Positions 1-9,900 of a DNA stretch of 64,000 nucleotides are shown piece after piece. The notes beneath the pieces were generated by a model, which ran no database searches, had not been told where the DNA came from, and saw only the letters and a program-made list of their open reading frames with translations. This DNA comes from Bacteroidota bacterium (GTDB taxonomy: Bacteria; Bacteroidota; Bacteroidia; Chitinophagales; Chitinophagaceae). A program made the position numbers and the translations under genes. The DNA is taken from the NCBI GenBank assembly GCA_040387755.1, contig JAZKDB010000001.1, positions 823,141 to 887,140 of the forward strand, in the 5' to 3' direction. How positions within the stretch are numbered: the stretch's first letter is position 1; the number at the start of each line of letters is the position of its first letter.

Positions 1-546
1 GCTCCAAAGCTTAAAATCACTCATTGATTTTTGTGCTGAGGTTATTGGGGTTTCTTCTTTTTCTATATCCAACACAAAGTTGATTCTTTCACTTTCTTCG
101 GTGCTGGTTTCCAAATCTGATAAAATCTCCTCTTCAAGACTTATGTCTTCAAAAATGAAATCATTCTCTTCCACATTTTCTTCATCATCGCTTATTTCTT
201 CCTCAAAAGAATAGACGTCGTTCTTGTCTTCTTGTTCCACTTCCTTCAATCCAGAATGCTCTTTTTCTGTTTCGATATCTTCGGATTCAAATTTAGTTTC
301 TTCATTTTTTTCACCCCCCACTTGTTCGTCAGGCATGATGGTAGGTGCAGATTCTTCTGTTTGTCCAATCTCATTTTCAGTTGGTTTCCCTTCATTTGTA
401 GTCACCGATGAAGTTTTGATCTGTAATAGCACTTCGTACAAATCACGCGTATACTGCAACAGTAAATCTCTTTCGATAGTGCTCAAAACTGAAGCAGATG
501 TACTTAATGATTCTAATTTCTGAAGTATGGATTTTACCTGTTCCAT
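1..546 (-). CDS. Hypothetical acidic protein; runs off the left edge (C-terminus outside window)
   Basis: Not in ORF track. ATG at 546-544 reads MEQVKSILQKLESLSTSASVLSTIERDLLLQYTRDLYEVLL, then an E/D-rich low-complexity stretch, with no stop before base 1. Co-oriented downstream of gmk. Confidence 0.75.
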   Translation of the reverse strand, partial: MEQVKSILQKLESLSTSASVLSTIERDLLLQYTRDLYEVLLQIKTSSVTTNEGKPTENEIGQTEESAPTIMPDEQVGGEKNEETKFESEDIETEKEHSGLKEVEQEDKNDVYSFEEEISDDEENVEENDFIFEDISLEEEILSDLETSTEESERINFVLDIEKEETPITSAQKSMSDFKLWS

Positions 547-592
547 GCTATTCTGTTTTTTTTTGATAATAAAAAATTGACTTTCAGATGTG

Positions 593-1162
593 CTATTTTT
601 TTAAATACTCAGCAACGATTTGTATTAAAGTAGTTGTTGCTGACTCTAAATCATCATTGACAATAATATGGTCAAATAGAGGTGCAAAACTTAATTCGTA
701 GGCAGCTTTGTCAATTCGCTCTGTCAATGATTCCGGAGTTTCCGTCCCTCTGTTTTCTAACCGCTTTTTAAGAGTTTCGATAGATGGGGCCTGTATGAAT
801 ATTGATTTAGCCTTTTCTCTGTATTGACCCTGAACATTTAATGCACCTTTGACATCAATATCTACTAACGGGACTTTTGATTGATTCCAGATTCTGTTAA
901 TCTCGTTTTTGAGGGTACCATAATATTTACCTTCATAAACCATTTCCCATTCTATAAATTCATTTGCAGCAATAGAATCCTGAAATTGTTGCACACTGAT
1001 GAAATGATAATCCTGACCATCAATTTCGCCCGCTCGAGGACTTCTGGTACAAGCCGAAATGGAAAATGCAAGCTCAGGGAATTTTGCCATCAAACGCTTG
1101 GTTAGAGTGGATTTTCCTGAACCCGAAGGGGCAGTGATGATAATAATTTTCTCAGTGGGCAT
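593..1162 (-). CDS. gmk: Guanylate kinase
   Basis: P-loop APSGSGKST, SACTRSPRAGEIDGQDYHF, EWEMVYEGKYYGT, LDIDVKG-type motif (VDIDVKGA). Confidence 0.97.
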   Translation of the reverse strand: MPTEKIIIITAPSGSGKSTLTKRLMAKFPELAFSISACTRSPRAGEIDGQDYHFISVQQFQDSIAANEFIEWEMVYEGKYYGTLKNEINRIWNQSKVPLVDIDVKGALNVQGQYREKAKSIFIQAPSIETLKKRLENRGTETPESLTERIDKAAYELSFAPLFDHIIVNDDLESATTTLIQIVAEYLKK

Positions 1163-1182
1163 GCTTATATACTTTGATATTT

Positions 1183-2979
1183 CTAATAATCGATACTCAT
1201 TTTCAAAGCATCTTTAAGCTGATGTAGCATTGGGTTTTTTTCTGCCATTGCTGCAAAAATTTCAGCCTTGCTTAATGCTCTTTCTCCGGGTTCATTTTCT
1301 GTAAGGACAAATGAATTACTGATACGAACCAACAAACCTGTTTCCTTCTTAATTAATTCCTGTATAGCACCCCGCTCAGACTGGGCATAGCTATCGGTAA
1401 TGCTATTAGGCGAGGTTAAATGTAGTGAGCCTTCTTCGGGCATCTCCAGCTTTACTGTTTCAAGTGCATTGTATAGAATACTTTTATTCTCTTCTTTAAG
1501 TTGTAATTTGTAATTATTGAAAATGCGCTCCACCATTTCTATTGAGAGCTCACTCATTAACATCTTTTGAGACTCAATTGCAAGGTTAGAGGTGTTACTG
1601 AGCATGTTTTTGGATACTCTCCTTTGCACTGAGCCAGTCTCGTTTTGTCCAAAAGGAGAAGGCTTTTTTGGCGGCTCCAGACCTTTATCCAATGTGCTTT
1701 CTGAGCTTTTATTGCTTTCTGTAACAACTGTCTCCAGAATTACCGGATTGGCATTGCTTTCTGTTTTGTTGAGCTGCGGTAGAGGTCTTTCTGTTTCGGA
1801 TTTTTGGGCCGTTTGAGCATCGTTTATGATGTCAGGCTTTGGACTATCGTTTTTTTTTTCGGTGCCAGAATCTATTTTAGTTGCCTGCAATACATAACAA
1901 AGTCTGATTAAACAGAGCTCTGTATGCAATCTTCTGTTGTTGGCATTTTTATATTCCAATTCACTTTCATTAACCACATTTAATGCAGATAAAATGAATG
2001 AGGGAGGTGCCTGTGCCGCTTTTTCGTGATAAATTGGTTTGTGATTATTGGGTACATCCAATAGTTTGGCCATTCTGGCATCTTTACAAAGCAACAGATT
2101 TCTGAAATGTTCAGAAAACCCATTCAAAATAACATCTCCCTCAAAGCCTCTGTCCAAAACATCATCCAGTAATAACAAGGTTCCTGCCACATCACCAGCC
2201 AAAATGATATCAGTGATTTTAAAATAAAAATCTGCATCTAATTGATTGAGATGCTCCATTGTTGCGGCATAAGTTAGCTGGCCATTGGTAAAGCTGGATA
2301 TTCTGTCCAACATTGACAAGGCATCACGCATACAACCTTCACTTTTTTGCGCAATTACGTGCAGCGCAGCCTCTTCGGCATTAATATGCTCTTTGCCGGT
2401 TATCTGAGCCAGATGCTGTACCGTGTCATTAGTGGTTATTCTTTTGAAATCAAATATCTGACATCGGCTAAGAATAGTAGGTAGTATTTTATGTTTTTCT
2501 GTTGTGGCCAAGATAAAAATGGCGTAGGATGGTGGTTCTTCAAGAGTTTTGAGAAATGCATTGAATGCAGCAGTACTCAACATGTGAACCTCATCAATGA
2601 TATAGACTTTGTATTTGCCTTGCTGTGGAGCAAAACGTACTTGCTCTGTCAGGTTTCGGATATCATCAACCGAATTATTAGAAGCAGCATCTAATTCGAA
2701 AATATTGAACGAAGTGTTGTTGTTAAAAGACTGGCAACTGTTACAAGTGCCACAAGCCTCCATCTCTTCTGTAGGGTGTTCACAATTCAGCGTTCGGGCT
2801 AAAATCCTTGCACAGGTTGTTTTTCCCACCCCTCTTGGTCCGCAAAACAAAAAAGCATGGGCAAGATGATTATTGCGCATGGCATTGCGTAGCGTAGTGG
2901 TAATATGCTCCTGACCCACTACTGTGTCAAAGGTTTGGGGTCTGTATTTTCTTGCTGAAACGATATATTGGTCTGACAT
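1183..2979 (-). CDS. dnaX: DNA polymerase III subunit gamma/tau
   Basis: ARKYRPQTF, Walker A GPRGVGKTT, Cys cluster CEHP...CGTCNSC, Walker B IIDEVHML, NAFLKTLEEPP, SRC motif. Confidence 0.98.
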   Translation of the reverse strand: MSDQYIVSARKYRPQTFDTVVGQEHITTTLRNAMRNNHLAHAFLFCGPRGVGKTTCARILARTLNCEHPTEEMEACGTCNSCQSFNNNTSFNIFELDAASNNSVDDIRNLTEQVRFAPQQGKYKVYIIDEVHMLSTAAFNAFLKTLEEPPSYAIFILATTEKHKILPTILSRCQIFDFKRITTNDTVQHLAQITGKEHINAEEAALHVIAQKSEGCMRDALSMLDRISSFTNGQLTYAATMEHLNQLDADFYFKITDIILAGDVAGTLLLLDDVLDRGFEGDVILNGFSEHFRNLLLCKDARMAKLLDVPNNHKPIYHEKAAQAPPSFILSALNVVNESELEYKNANNRRLHTELCLIRLCYVLQATKIDSGTEKKNDSPKPDIINDAQTAQKSETERPLPQLNKTESNANPVILETVVTESNKSSESTLDKGLEPPKKPSPFGQNETGSVQRRVSKNMLSNTSNLAIESQKMLMSELSIEMVERIFNNYKLQLKEENKSILYNALETVKLEMPEEGSLHLTSPNSITDSYAQSERGAIQELIKKETGLLVRISNSFVLTENEPGERALSKAEIFAAMAEKNPMLHQLKDALKMSIDY

Positions 2980-3031
2980 TTTTCTTCTGGACAGCTTGTC
3001 TTGTACTAAAGGTTAAAGGTAATTGTTGCGA

Positions 3032-3697
3032 TTAATAAAACAAGTACATTAGTCTTAACGCAAAAACATTATTAAATTGTTGTGATCTTCCGAATTCTGC
3101 ATCTACATCATCCCTGACAGAAAGCATTGAATATTGAAAACGCAATCCGGCAAATAAGCCTTTGTAGACGTGTAATTGGCCCGATAAGACCAGATTGATA
3201 TCCATTTTTTTGAAAGGATATTTATCAGGGTCATATTTTATACTCGGATTGTTGACATTAATTACCTCTTTGCTATTAATCAACTGAGCATAGGATAGAC
3301 CTGCTCCGAAATGATTTTTTTTCTGATCGAAAAAGTTAATTTGAACAGGTATTTCGGCATAATTAAGCGTAATATTCTGTTTGGTAATTACGGCGATTTG
3401 ACTTGTGGTGGGTTGGGCACCATTTGATTTTGCCCCTTTTTGAGCGTACAATATTTCTAAACTGGCCGACATTTGGGGCAATAAGTGTGCATAAACTACA
3501 ACGCCTGTACTAAGGCCAATATTATGGTATCCCTTATAGCTGTCTCCATCTACCTGAGTAAAATTGGCTCCACCAATAAATCCACCCACAAAGGTTTTGG
3601 GCTCTTCAACATAATAGCTTTTAGGGTTTTGAGCAAATAACAGCAGAGGGCTAAAGGCAAAAATTGACAGGGTAAATAATAAACTTAGAAATCTCAT
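3032..3697 (-). CDS. Outer-membrane beta-barrel protein (porin/PorT-like, OMP_b-brl_2 type), paralog 2
   Basis: Signal peptide, GGANFTQV, LEILYAQKG, LNYAEIPV, alternating beta pattern, aromatic C-terminus (YLFY). Confidence 0.8.
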   Translation of the reverse strand: MRFLSLLFTLSIFAFSPLLLFAQNPKSYYVEEPKTFVGGFIGGANFTQVDGDSYKGYHNIGLSTGVVVYAHLLPQMSASLEILYAQKGAKSNGAQPTTSQIAVITKQNITLNYAEIPVQINFFDQKKNHFGAGLSYAQLINSKEVINVNNPSIKYDPDKYPFKKMDINLVLSGQLHVYKGLFAGLRFQYSMLSVRDDVDAEFGRSQQFNNVFALRLMYLFY

Positions 3698-3713
3698 TTG
3701 TGCATTTTGGCTT

Positions 3714-4385
3714 TTAGAACAGGTACATAACTCTTAGTACCCACATGTTATTGTATTGCTTGCCTCTGGCAAACTCAGAATCAACTTTTTCGCGAATAGG
3801 CAAAATGGAATATTGAAAACGCAGATTGGCATATAATCCTTTAATCAAATGAAGATTCGCTGAGGCGATAAAATTGATATCTCTTTTTTTGAAAGGATAA
3901 TTATTCTGATCATACGGACGGACTGGACTTGTTACGATTTTTTCGTCAGAACTGATTAACTGAGCATATGACAATCCCACTCCAACATGGCTTTTGCGTT
4001 TGTCATACACATTCAATAAGATGGGTATTTCAGCATAATTAAAATTAATGTTTTGATTGACAATAGTAAATGAATCACTACTGGAGTTTTGTCTGAAATT
4101 GGAACGGGCACCTTTTTGCGAAAATAAAAGTTCCATACTTAAAGTGAGATCCTGAGCAATTCTTGCATACAAAATGGCGCCGGCATTGACACCTGTTTTA
4201 AAATAACCAGCATATTTATCTCCATCTACCTGACAAAAACTGGCACCTGCCACTAGCCCGCCACTAAACAATTTGGGCTCTTCTACATAGTAGCTGGAAG
4301 GGTTTTGTGCCTGAGCACGAAAAAAAATGCTGCTTGATAAAAGGATAACGCTTAAAATTGTACCTAATTTTCTACTTTTATTCAT
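3714..4385 (-). CDS. Outer-membrane beta-barrel protein (porin/PorT-like), paralog 1
   Basis: Start moved from 4433 to ATG 4385 (MNKSRKLGTIL.. signal peptide). MELLFSQKG, FNYAEIPI, C-terminal YLF. Clearly homologous to 3032-3697. Confidence 0.8.
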   Translation of the reverse strand: MNKSRKLGTILSVILLSSSIFFRAQAQNPSSYYVEEPKLFSGGLVAGASFCQVDGDKYAGYFKTGVNAGAILYARIAQDLTLSMELLFSQKGARSNFRQNSSSDSFTIVNQNINFNYAEIPILLNVYDKRKSHVGVGLSYAQLISSDEKIVTSPVRPYDQNNYPFKKRDINFIASANLHLIKGLYANLRFQYSILPIREKVDSEFARGKQYNNMWVLRVMYLF

Positions 4386-4407
4386 CGGTGATAAAGTAAC
4401 CAGTATA

Positions 4408-4713
4408 ATGAATCTCAAAATTACACCAAACACACTAAAAAAATTAGAGCAACTTTTCGAAGAAGCTCGTTATATCATTCGTTTCGAGAAAGGTAATTTC
4501 AACTCTGGTTATTGCGTATTGGAGCAGAAAAGGGTAGTCGTAGTCAATAAATTTCTCAATATTGAAGGGCGTATCAATGCTTTGGTAGAGATTTTACCAA
4601 CCATTCATCTGGTAGAAGAGGAGCTCAGTACAGAATCGTTAAAATTTTATAAACAAGTTATTGGCGAGTCTTCGGCTGGCGCAATTTCTGTTCAAACCGA
4701 AATGGATATTTAG
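4408..4713 (+). CDS. Small conserved-type hypothetical protein
   Basis: Start moved to ATG 4408 (MNLKITPNTLKKLEQLFEEARYIIRFEKGNFNSGYCVL). Ends 5 bp before the MBL hydrolase, so probably co-transcribed. Confidence 0.75.
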   Translation: MNLKITPNTLKKLEQLFEEARYIIRFEKGNFNSGYCVLEQKRVVVVNKFLNIEGRINALVEILPTIHLVEEELSTESLKFYKQVIGESSAGAISVQTEMDI

Positions 4714-4718
4714 AAAGT

Positions 4719-5480
4719 ATGCGCATTACATTTTTAGGTTCCGGAACTTCACAGGGTGTACCCGTAATTGCTTGCCCATGCGCGATTTGCACTTCAGCAG
4801 ATACCAGAGATAATCGTTTGCGGTCTTCGATTCTAATTGAAACAGACGAGGTCTCCATTGTTGTTGACAGTGGCCCGGATTTTCGCTATCAAATGTTGCG
4901 ACATAAGGTGACGAAACTGGATGCGATTGTATTTACCCATGGCCACAAAGATCATACAGCAGGGCTTGACGATGTGCGCGCCTACAATTATTTTCAGCAA
5001 AAAGAAATGGATATTTATGCAAGCCTTGAAACACAAGAGGTATTGCATAGAGAATTTCAATACATTTTTCAAAATTCAAGTTATCCGGGAGTGCCACAAA
5101 TCAAAATTCATGATTTGAGAAATGAGCCCTTTAACATTAATGGTTTGAAGATTATACCTATTCGGGTTCTGCATTATAAAATGGAAGTTTTTGGTTTCCG
5201 GATTGGCGATTTTACCTATATCACTGATGCGAATTTTATTGCACCTGAGGAAATGGATAAAGTTCGCGGTTCAAAAGTTCTTGTACTGAATGCGCTTCGT
5301 CTTGAGCATCACATTTCACATTTCACACTTGCCGAGGCTATAGAAGTAGCTCAGGAGTTGAATTGTGAACAAACCTATTTTACGCACATCAGTCATCAAT
5401 TGGGCCTTCATCAGGAAGTAAATCAGAGCTTACCTGATAATATCTATCTGGCATACGACGGATTGGTCCTGGAGCTTTAA
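4719..5480 (+). CDS. Metallo-beta-lactamase-fold hydrolase (PhnP-like phosphodiesterase)
   Basis: FLGSGTSQGVP, DSGPDFR, HxHxDH motif THGHKDH, YITD, THISH. Confidence 0.9.
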   Translation: MRITFLGSGTSQGVPVIACPCAICTSADTRDNRLRSSILIETDEVSIVVDSGPDFRYQMLRHKVTKLDAIVFTHGHKDHTAGLDDVRAYNYFQQKEMDIYASLETQEVLHREFQYIFQNSSYPGVPQIKIHDLRNEPFNINGLKIIPIRVLHYKMEVFGFRIGDFTYITDANFIAPEEMDKVRGSKVLVLNALRLEHHISHFTLAEAIEVAQELNCEQTYFTHISHQLGLHQEVNQSLPDNIYLAYDGLVLEL

Positions 5481-5505
5481 TTTAGAGCACCAAGGGTATT
5501 TCAAT

Positions 5506-5545
5506 AATAAAAGGTTTTGAAGTTAAAACTTCAAAACCTTTTATT
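5506..5545. terminator. Bidirectional intrinsic terminator
   Basis: Perfect 19-bp inverted repeat AATAAAAGGTTTTGAAGTT / AACTTCAAAACCTTTTATT between convergent genes. Confidence 0.85.
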
Positions 5546-5566
5546 TATAACATTTTTTTGAAAATG

Positions 5567-6772
5567 CTATGCTCTTTCTATGATTACTGCATAACCTTGG
5601 CCTACGCCGATACACATTGTAATTAATGCATATTTTTTGTTGCGTTCTTGTAATTCAATTGCGGCAGAATTGAGGATGCGTGCACCACTCATCCCTAATG
5701 GATGTCCCAAAGCAATAGCACCACCATTAACATTAATGCGGGGGTCGTTGTCTGCTAATCCGAAAGCACGGATAACTGCAAGGCTTTGAGCTGCAAATGC
5801 TTCGTTCAATTCGATAATGTCAATGTCATTCATCGTCAATCCTGCTTTTTTTAATGCTATTTCAGAAGCCGGTACTGGACCAATACCCATTATGCGCGGT
5901 TCTACACCTGCCACACCTGAGCTTACGATTCTTGCACGGGGGCTTAAATTGTGTGTTTTTATGGCACTTTCTGAGGCAAATAGAACTGCAGCTGCCCCAT
6001 CATTTAAGCCAGAGGCATTACCGGCTGTAACAGTTCCATCCTTCCGGAAAGATGGTCGTAATTGACTCAAGCCCTCAATTGTAGTATTGGGTTTTACAAA
6101 TTCATCTTGTGTAAACAATTTTGGATCTCCCTTCTTCTGTGGGATACTGACCGTCATTATTTCTTTACTTAATCGTCCACTTTGCTGTGCTGCTGCTGCT
6201 TTTTGTTGAGAATTAAAAGAGAATAAATCCTGATCGGCACGCGAAATATGGTCTCTGTCAGCTAGGTTTTCGGCGGTTTCTCCCATTGCATCTACTCCGT
6301 ACATTTCCTTCATTTTGGGGTTGATAAAACGCCATCCGAATGTAGAGTCAAAGAGTTGTGTGTCGCCGCCAAATGGGCTTGCCGATTTTGACATGACCAA
6401 AGGCCCCCTTGTCATGTGTTCAACACCGCCTGAAATCATTATATCTGCATCACCTACTTGTATAGCTCTTGACGCTGATATGGCTGCTGACAAGCCCGAT
6501 GCACATAGTCTGTTTACGGTTTCTCCGGGTACAGAATAGGGAAGGCCTGCTAATAATGAGGCCATACGAGCAACATTTCTGTTGTCTTCTCCGGCCTGAT
6601 TAGCACAACCCAAAATAACATCAGTTATCAGTTTCGGATCAACATTTGAATTACGCTGCATTAATTCTTTAATCACCATGGCTGCCAGGTCGTCTGTACG
6701 AATTGCAGAAAGAGAGCCTTTTAAACTACCAATTGGAGTACGAATGCCATCAATGATATATGCGCTGTTCAT
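5567..6772 (-). CDS. paaJ: Acetyl-CoA C-acyltransferase (thiolase), PaaJ/PcaF-like
   Basis: Start moved to ATG 6772 (MNSAYIIDGIRTPIG). TVNRLCASGL, NEAFA, GHPLGMSG, CIGVGQG. NQAGEDNRNVARM resembles PaaJ/PcaF. paa genes nearby. Confidence 0.75.
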   Translation of the reverse strand: MNSAYIIDGIRTPIGSLKGSLSAIRTDDLAAMVIKELMQRNSNVDPKLITDVILGCANQAGEDNRNVARMASLLAGLPYSVPGETVNRLCASGLSAAISASRAIQVGDADIMISGGVEHMTRGPLVMSKSASPFGGDTQLFDSTFGWRFINPKMKEMYGVDAMGETAENLADRDHISRADQDLFSFNSQQKAAAAQQSGRLSKEIMTVSIPQKKGDPKLFTQDEFVKPNTTIEGLSQLRPSFRKDGTVTAGNASGLNDGAAAVLFASESAIKTHNLSPRARIVSSGVAGVEPRIMGIGPVPASEIALKKAGLTMNDIDIIELNEAFAAQSLAVIRAFGLADNDPRINVNGGAIALGHPLGMSGARILNSAAIELQERNKKYALITMCIGVGQGYAVIIERA

Positions 6773-6804
6773 TTGTGTTTGAATGTTTATTGTTAAAATC
6801 GGTG

Positions 6805-6812
6805 CAAAACTA
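6805..6812 (-). promoter_or_regulatory. Bacteroidota -7 promoter box for the thiolase
   Basis: Minus strand TAGTTTTG(C) matches TAnnTTTG, 32 nt upstream of ATG 6772; supports the shorter start. Confidence 0.6.
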
Positions 6813-6961
6813 AGTTTTATTGACAACTTGTTGCCTCGACTATACGTATTTTCTATTATAGTTTTGTTGTAATGATAATATTAAATTTTTGTGTAAATTT
6901 GAATTGCCAAAAACCGTGTTAGAATATAAATATTTTTTTCTTATCCTTTAATTACTTTTTT

Positions 6962-9900
6962 ATGAAAAACAAACTCTCCATTCTAATGCAAAATTTCTAT
7001 CGGTTTTTGCTTTTAATGATTGTTTTGAGCGTAGCGCAAAAAAGCTCTGCTCAAACAGCCTCTTCTTACTCTTTCAGTACTTCTTCCGGTACATATACTG
7101 CAATAACAGGAGGTACGTTATTGTCTTCAGGAGCGACGATGGATGATGCCAGTTTTTCTGTAACTATTCCATCATTCACCTATTTAGGTGTTGCTTATAC
7201 ACAGGTTTACGTAAGCGAAAACGGATACATTCAATTTGGCTCAACTGCTACCACCACCACAATGCGTACTTATTTGTCCTCAACAGAAGCAGCCGCTAAA
7301 ACTGGAGTAGCAGGTTATTCCAGAGATATTGGCGGTAAGTCTGCAACATCAAATTTGCGTACACAGACTATTGGTTCTGAAGTTATTTTTCAGTGGACCA
7401 ATATGGCAAATTTTGCTTCCACGGCACACACTATTACTTTTCAAATCAGATTGAATACCTCTACAAACGTCATCAGTGTGGTATATAATATGAGTGCAAC
7501 TGGTTCTACAACTGCACAAGTGGGGCTCAGAGGTAGTACGACTGATTTTAATAATCGCACCAGTACTTCCAACTGGGCTGCATCTACTGCCGGCGCAGTT
7601 AATACAGCAACTATGACTTTATCGTCAACAGTATTTCCTGCGTCAGGGTTGAATTATATCTGGTCTCCACCACTTCCTTGTTCCGGCAAACCAGCTGGTG
7701 GTACTCTGTCGAGCTCTGCAGGTGCTAGCCCAATCTGTCCTTCTGCAACAGCAACGCTTAGTGTAACAGGTTCTACAATTGCTACAGGAATTGCTTATGC
7801 CTGGGATCAATCCTTGGTTAGTGCAACTGGTCCATGGACTCCAATCGGAGGTGCTACCGCAGCTACCTATCTTGCAAGTCCATCTGCCTGCACAAACATG
7901 TATTATCGTCGCAGAACAATTTGTACATTAGGTGGTCTTTTTGATTCTTCAAATGCTGTTTTGGTGAGTGTAAAGTGCGCATTGACCCCTCCGTATTTTG
8001 AAGATTTTGAGAGTATTACCGCTACCAATACTATGCCCAATTGTATGACGGCAACCAACTTGGGTTCTTTGGTCACCACTTATCTTGCCGGTTCTACTTA
8101 TAACAGAAGCAATCACACTCCAGGTGGGGCCAAATATGCGGCATTCCGATGGGGCTCCAATGATTATATGTTTACTCCAGCCATCAATATTACCGCTGGT
8201 AAAACTTATGAGTTTTCTTTCTGGTATATTGCAGATGGCTATACAGGTTGGGATTCTTTGAAGGTTCTTTATGGTTCTTCACCTTCTGCAGCTGGCATGA
8301 CAACTTCTATTGGTGCAACATTATCTGGCATTTCCAATACAGTATATAAAAAATATAGAGTTCGTTTTATAGCTGCCACGTCTGGGGTACAATATTTTGG
8401 TATCTATTGTAAAGCAAGCGGTGTTCCCTGGTATTTGAGTATTGATGATATTGGTTTGCAGGAAGCTCCTCTTTGTGCAGGTATACCTTCTCCCGGAGCT
8501 CCGGAAGCTTCTTCAAAAAGGGTTTGTGGTACAGGTTCGGTAGAGCTTGATTTACCCTACTTGCCTTTGGCCGTTGGATATAAATATGAGTGGCAGGACT
8601 CAGTTGCCGGTTCTACATGGGGTAGTGATCCCGGACGTCCTAGTTTTGGCGGTACAACAGCACCTTTTGCAACTGGTAGCTTTTCTAATACTACCTATTT
8701 CAGATGCATTGTAACTTGTAATACGACTGGCGAATCGGCTATTTCTTCAGTGCTTAAAATAGATGCAGGCCCATTCAATCCTCCCTATTTTGAGGATTTT
8801 GAATCTATTAGTTCCAATAACCAGTTGCCAACTTGTATGACAGCCACAAACCTTGGTTCATTGGTATTGACCTACACCGCTACACCTCCTCCGACAGTAA
8901 GAAACAGATTTAATCACACACCTGGCGGTAGTAAATTTGCTTCTTTCAGATGGTCATGTGATGATTACATTTTCTCTCCACAAATGAACCTTATCGGGGG
9001 GCAAAAATATGTTTTGTCTTTTTGGTATATCACTGATGGGTTGAGTGGTTGGAATACGCTTAGTGCAAAAATTGGTTTAGATGCCACTCCTGCAGCAATG
9101 ACCACAACATTAAGAACGATTACTGCTCCGATTAATTCTGGTTATTTGCAATATTCTGACACTTTCACAGCTCCAACAAGTGGTACATATTATTTTGGAA
9201 TTTACTGTAACTCTGGTTCTGCGCCATGGTATCTCAGTATTGATGATATCGGATTGCAATTTAAGGCCTGCGATGGTATGCCAACTGCCACTACAATAAG
9301 TGGTACCGTTGCTTCCGGAATTGGTGTTTGTCCCAATAATATCGTTACTCTTGTTGGTAGTGGAGGAAGTCTTCCTCTTATTCCTGGCATTAAATATCAA
9401 TGGCAGCGCCGAGTGACTCCTGTTGGTTTGTGGAAAAACATTCCCGGAGCAATCGATACAATGATTAGCTCAGATACCTTGGGCGGATACGATTATCGCT
9501 TGGCTACTATTTGTACCAATACGGGTGACACTGCATTCAGCACACTCTATTCATTGCCTTTGTTGCCGGCACATCCACCTGTTTCTATTACCCCGGCTAC
9601 TTCTCCAATTGCATTTTGTCTGGGCGATACAGTGAAGTTTAATGCCACAAGCGTTCCTGGTTCTGTATATGATTGGATGGTTGATAGCGTAGTCATTCCT
9701 GGCTGGAAATTCAGTGACTTGTCGGCTACAACTTCAGGTGTATATCATGTAAGGGTAAGCTCAAGTGCTACTCCTTGTCCTGCATATTCCAATAAAGTTG
9801 TTTTAGTAAGAAACGACCCTGATTACAGCATTGTAATGAGTACTCCGACAGACAGTATTGTTTGTGAAGGCACCAGTCTTTTGTTGAGTGGATTTGGTAG

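Noticed and set aside
224-523. 99-aa + strand ORF in the track
   Set aside because: Ser-rich shadow of the real acidic minus-strand CDS at 1-546
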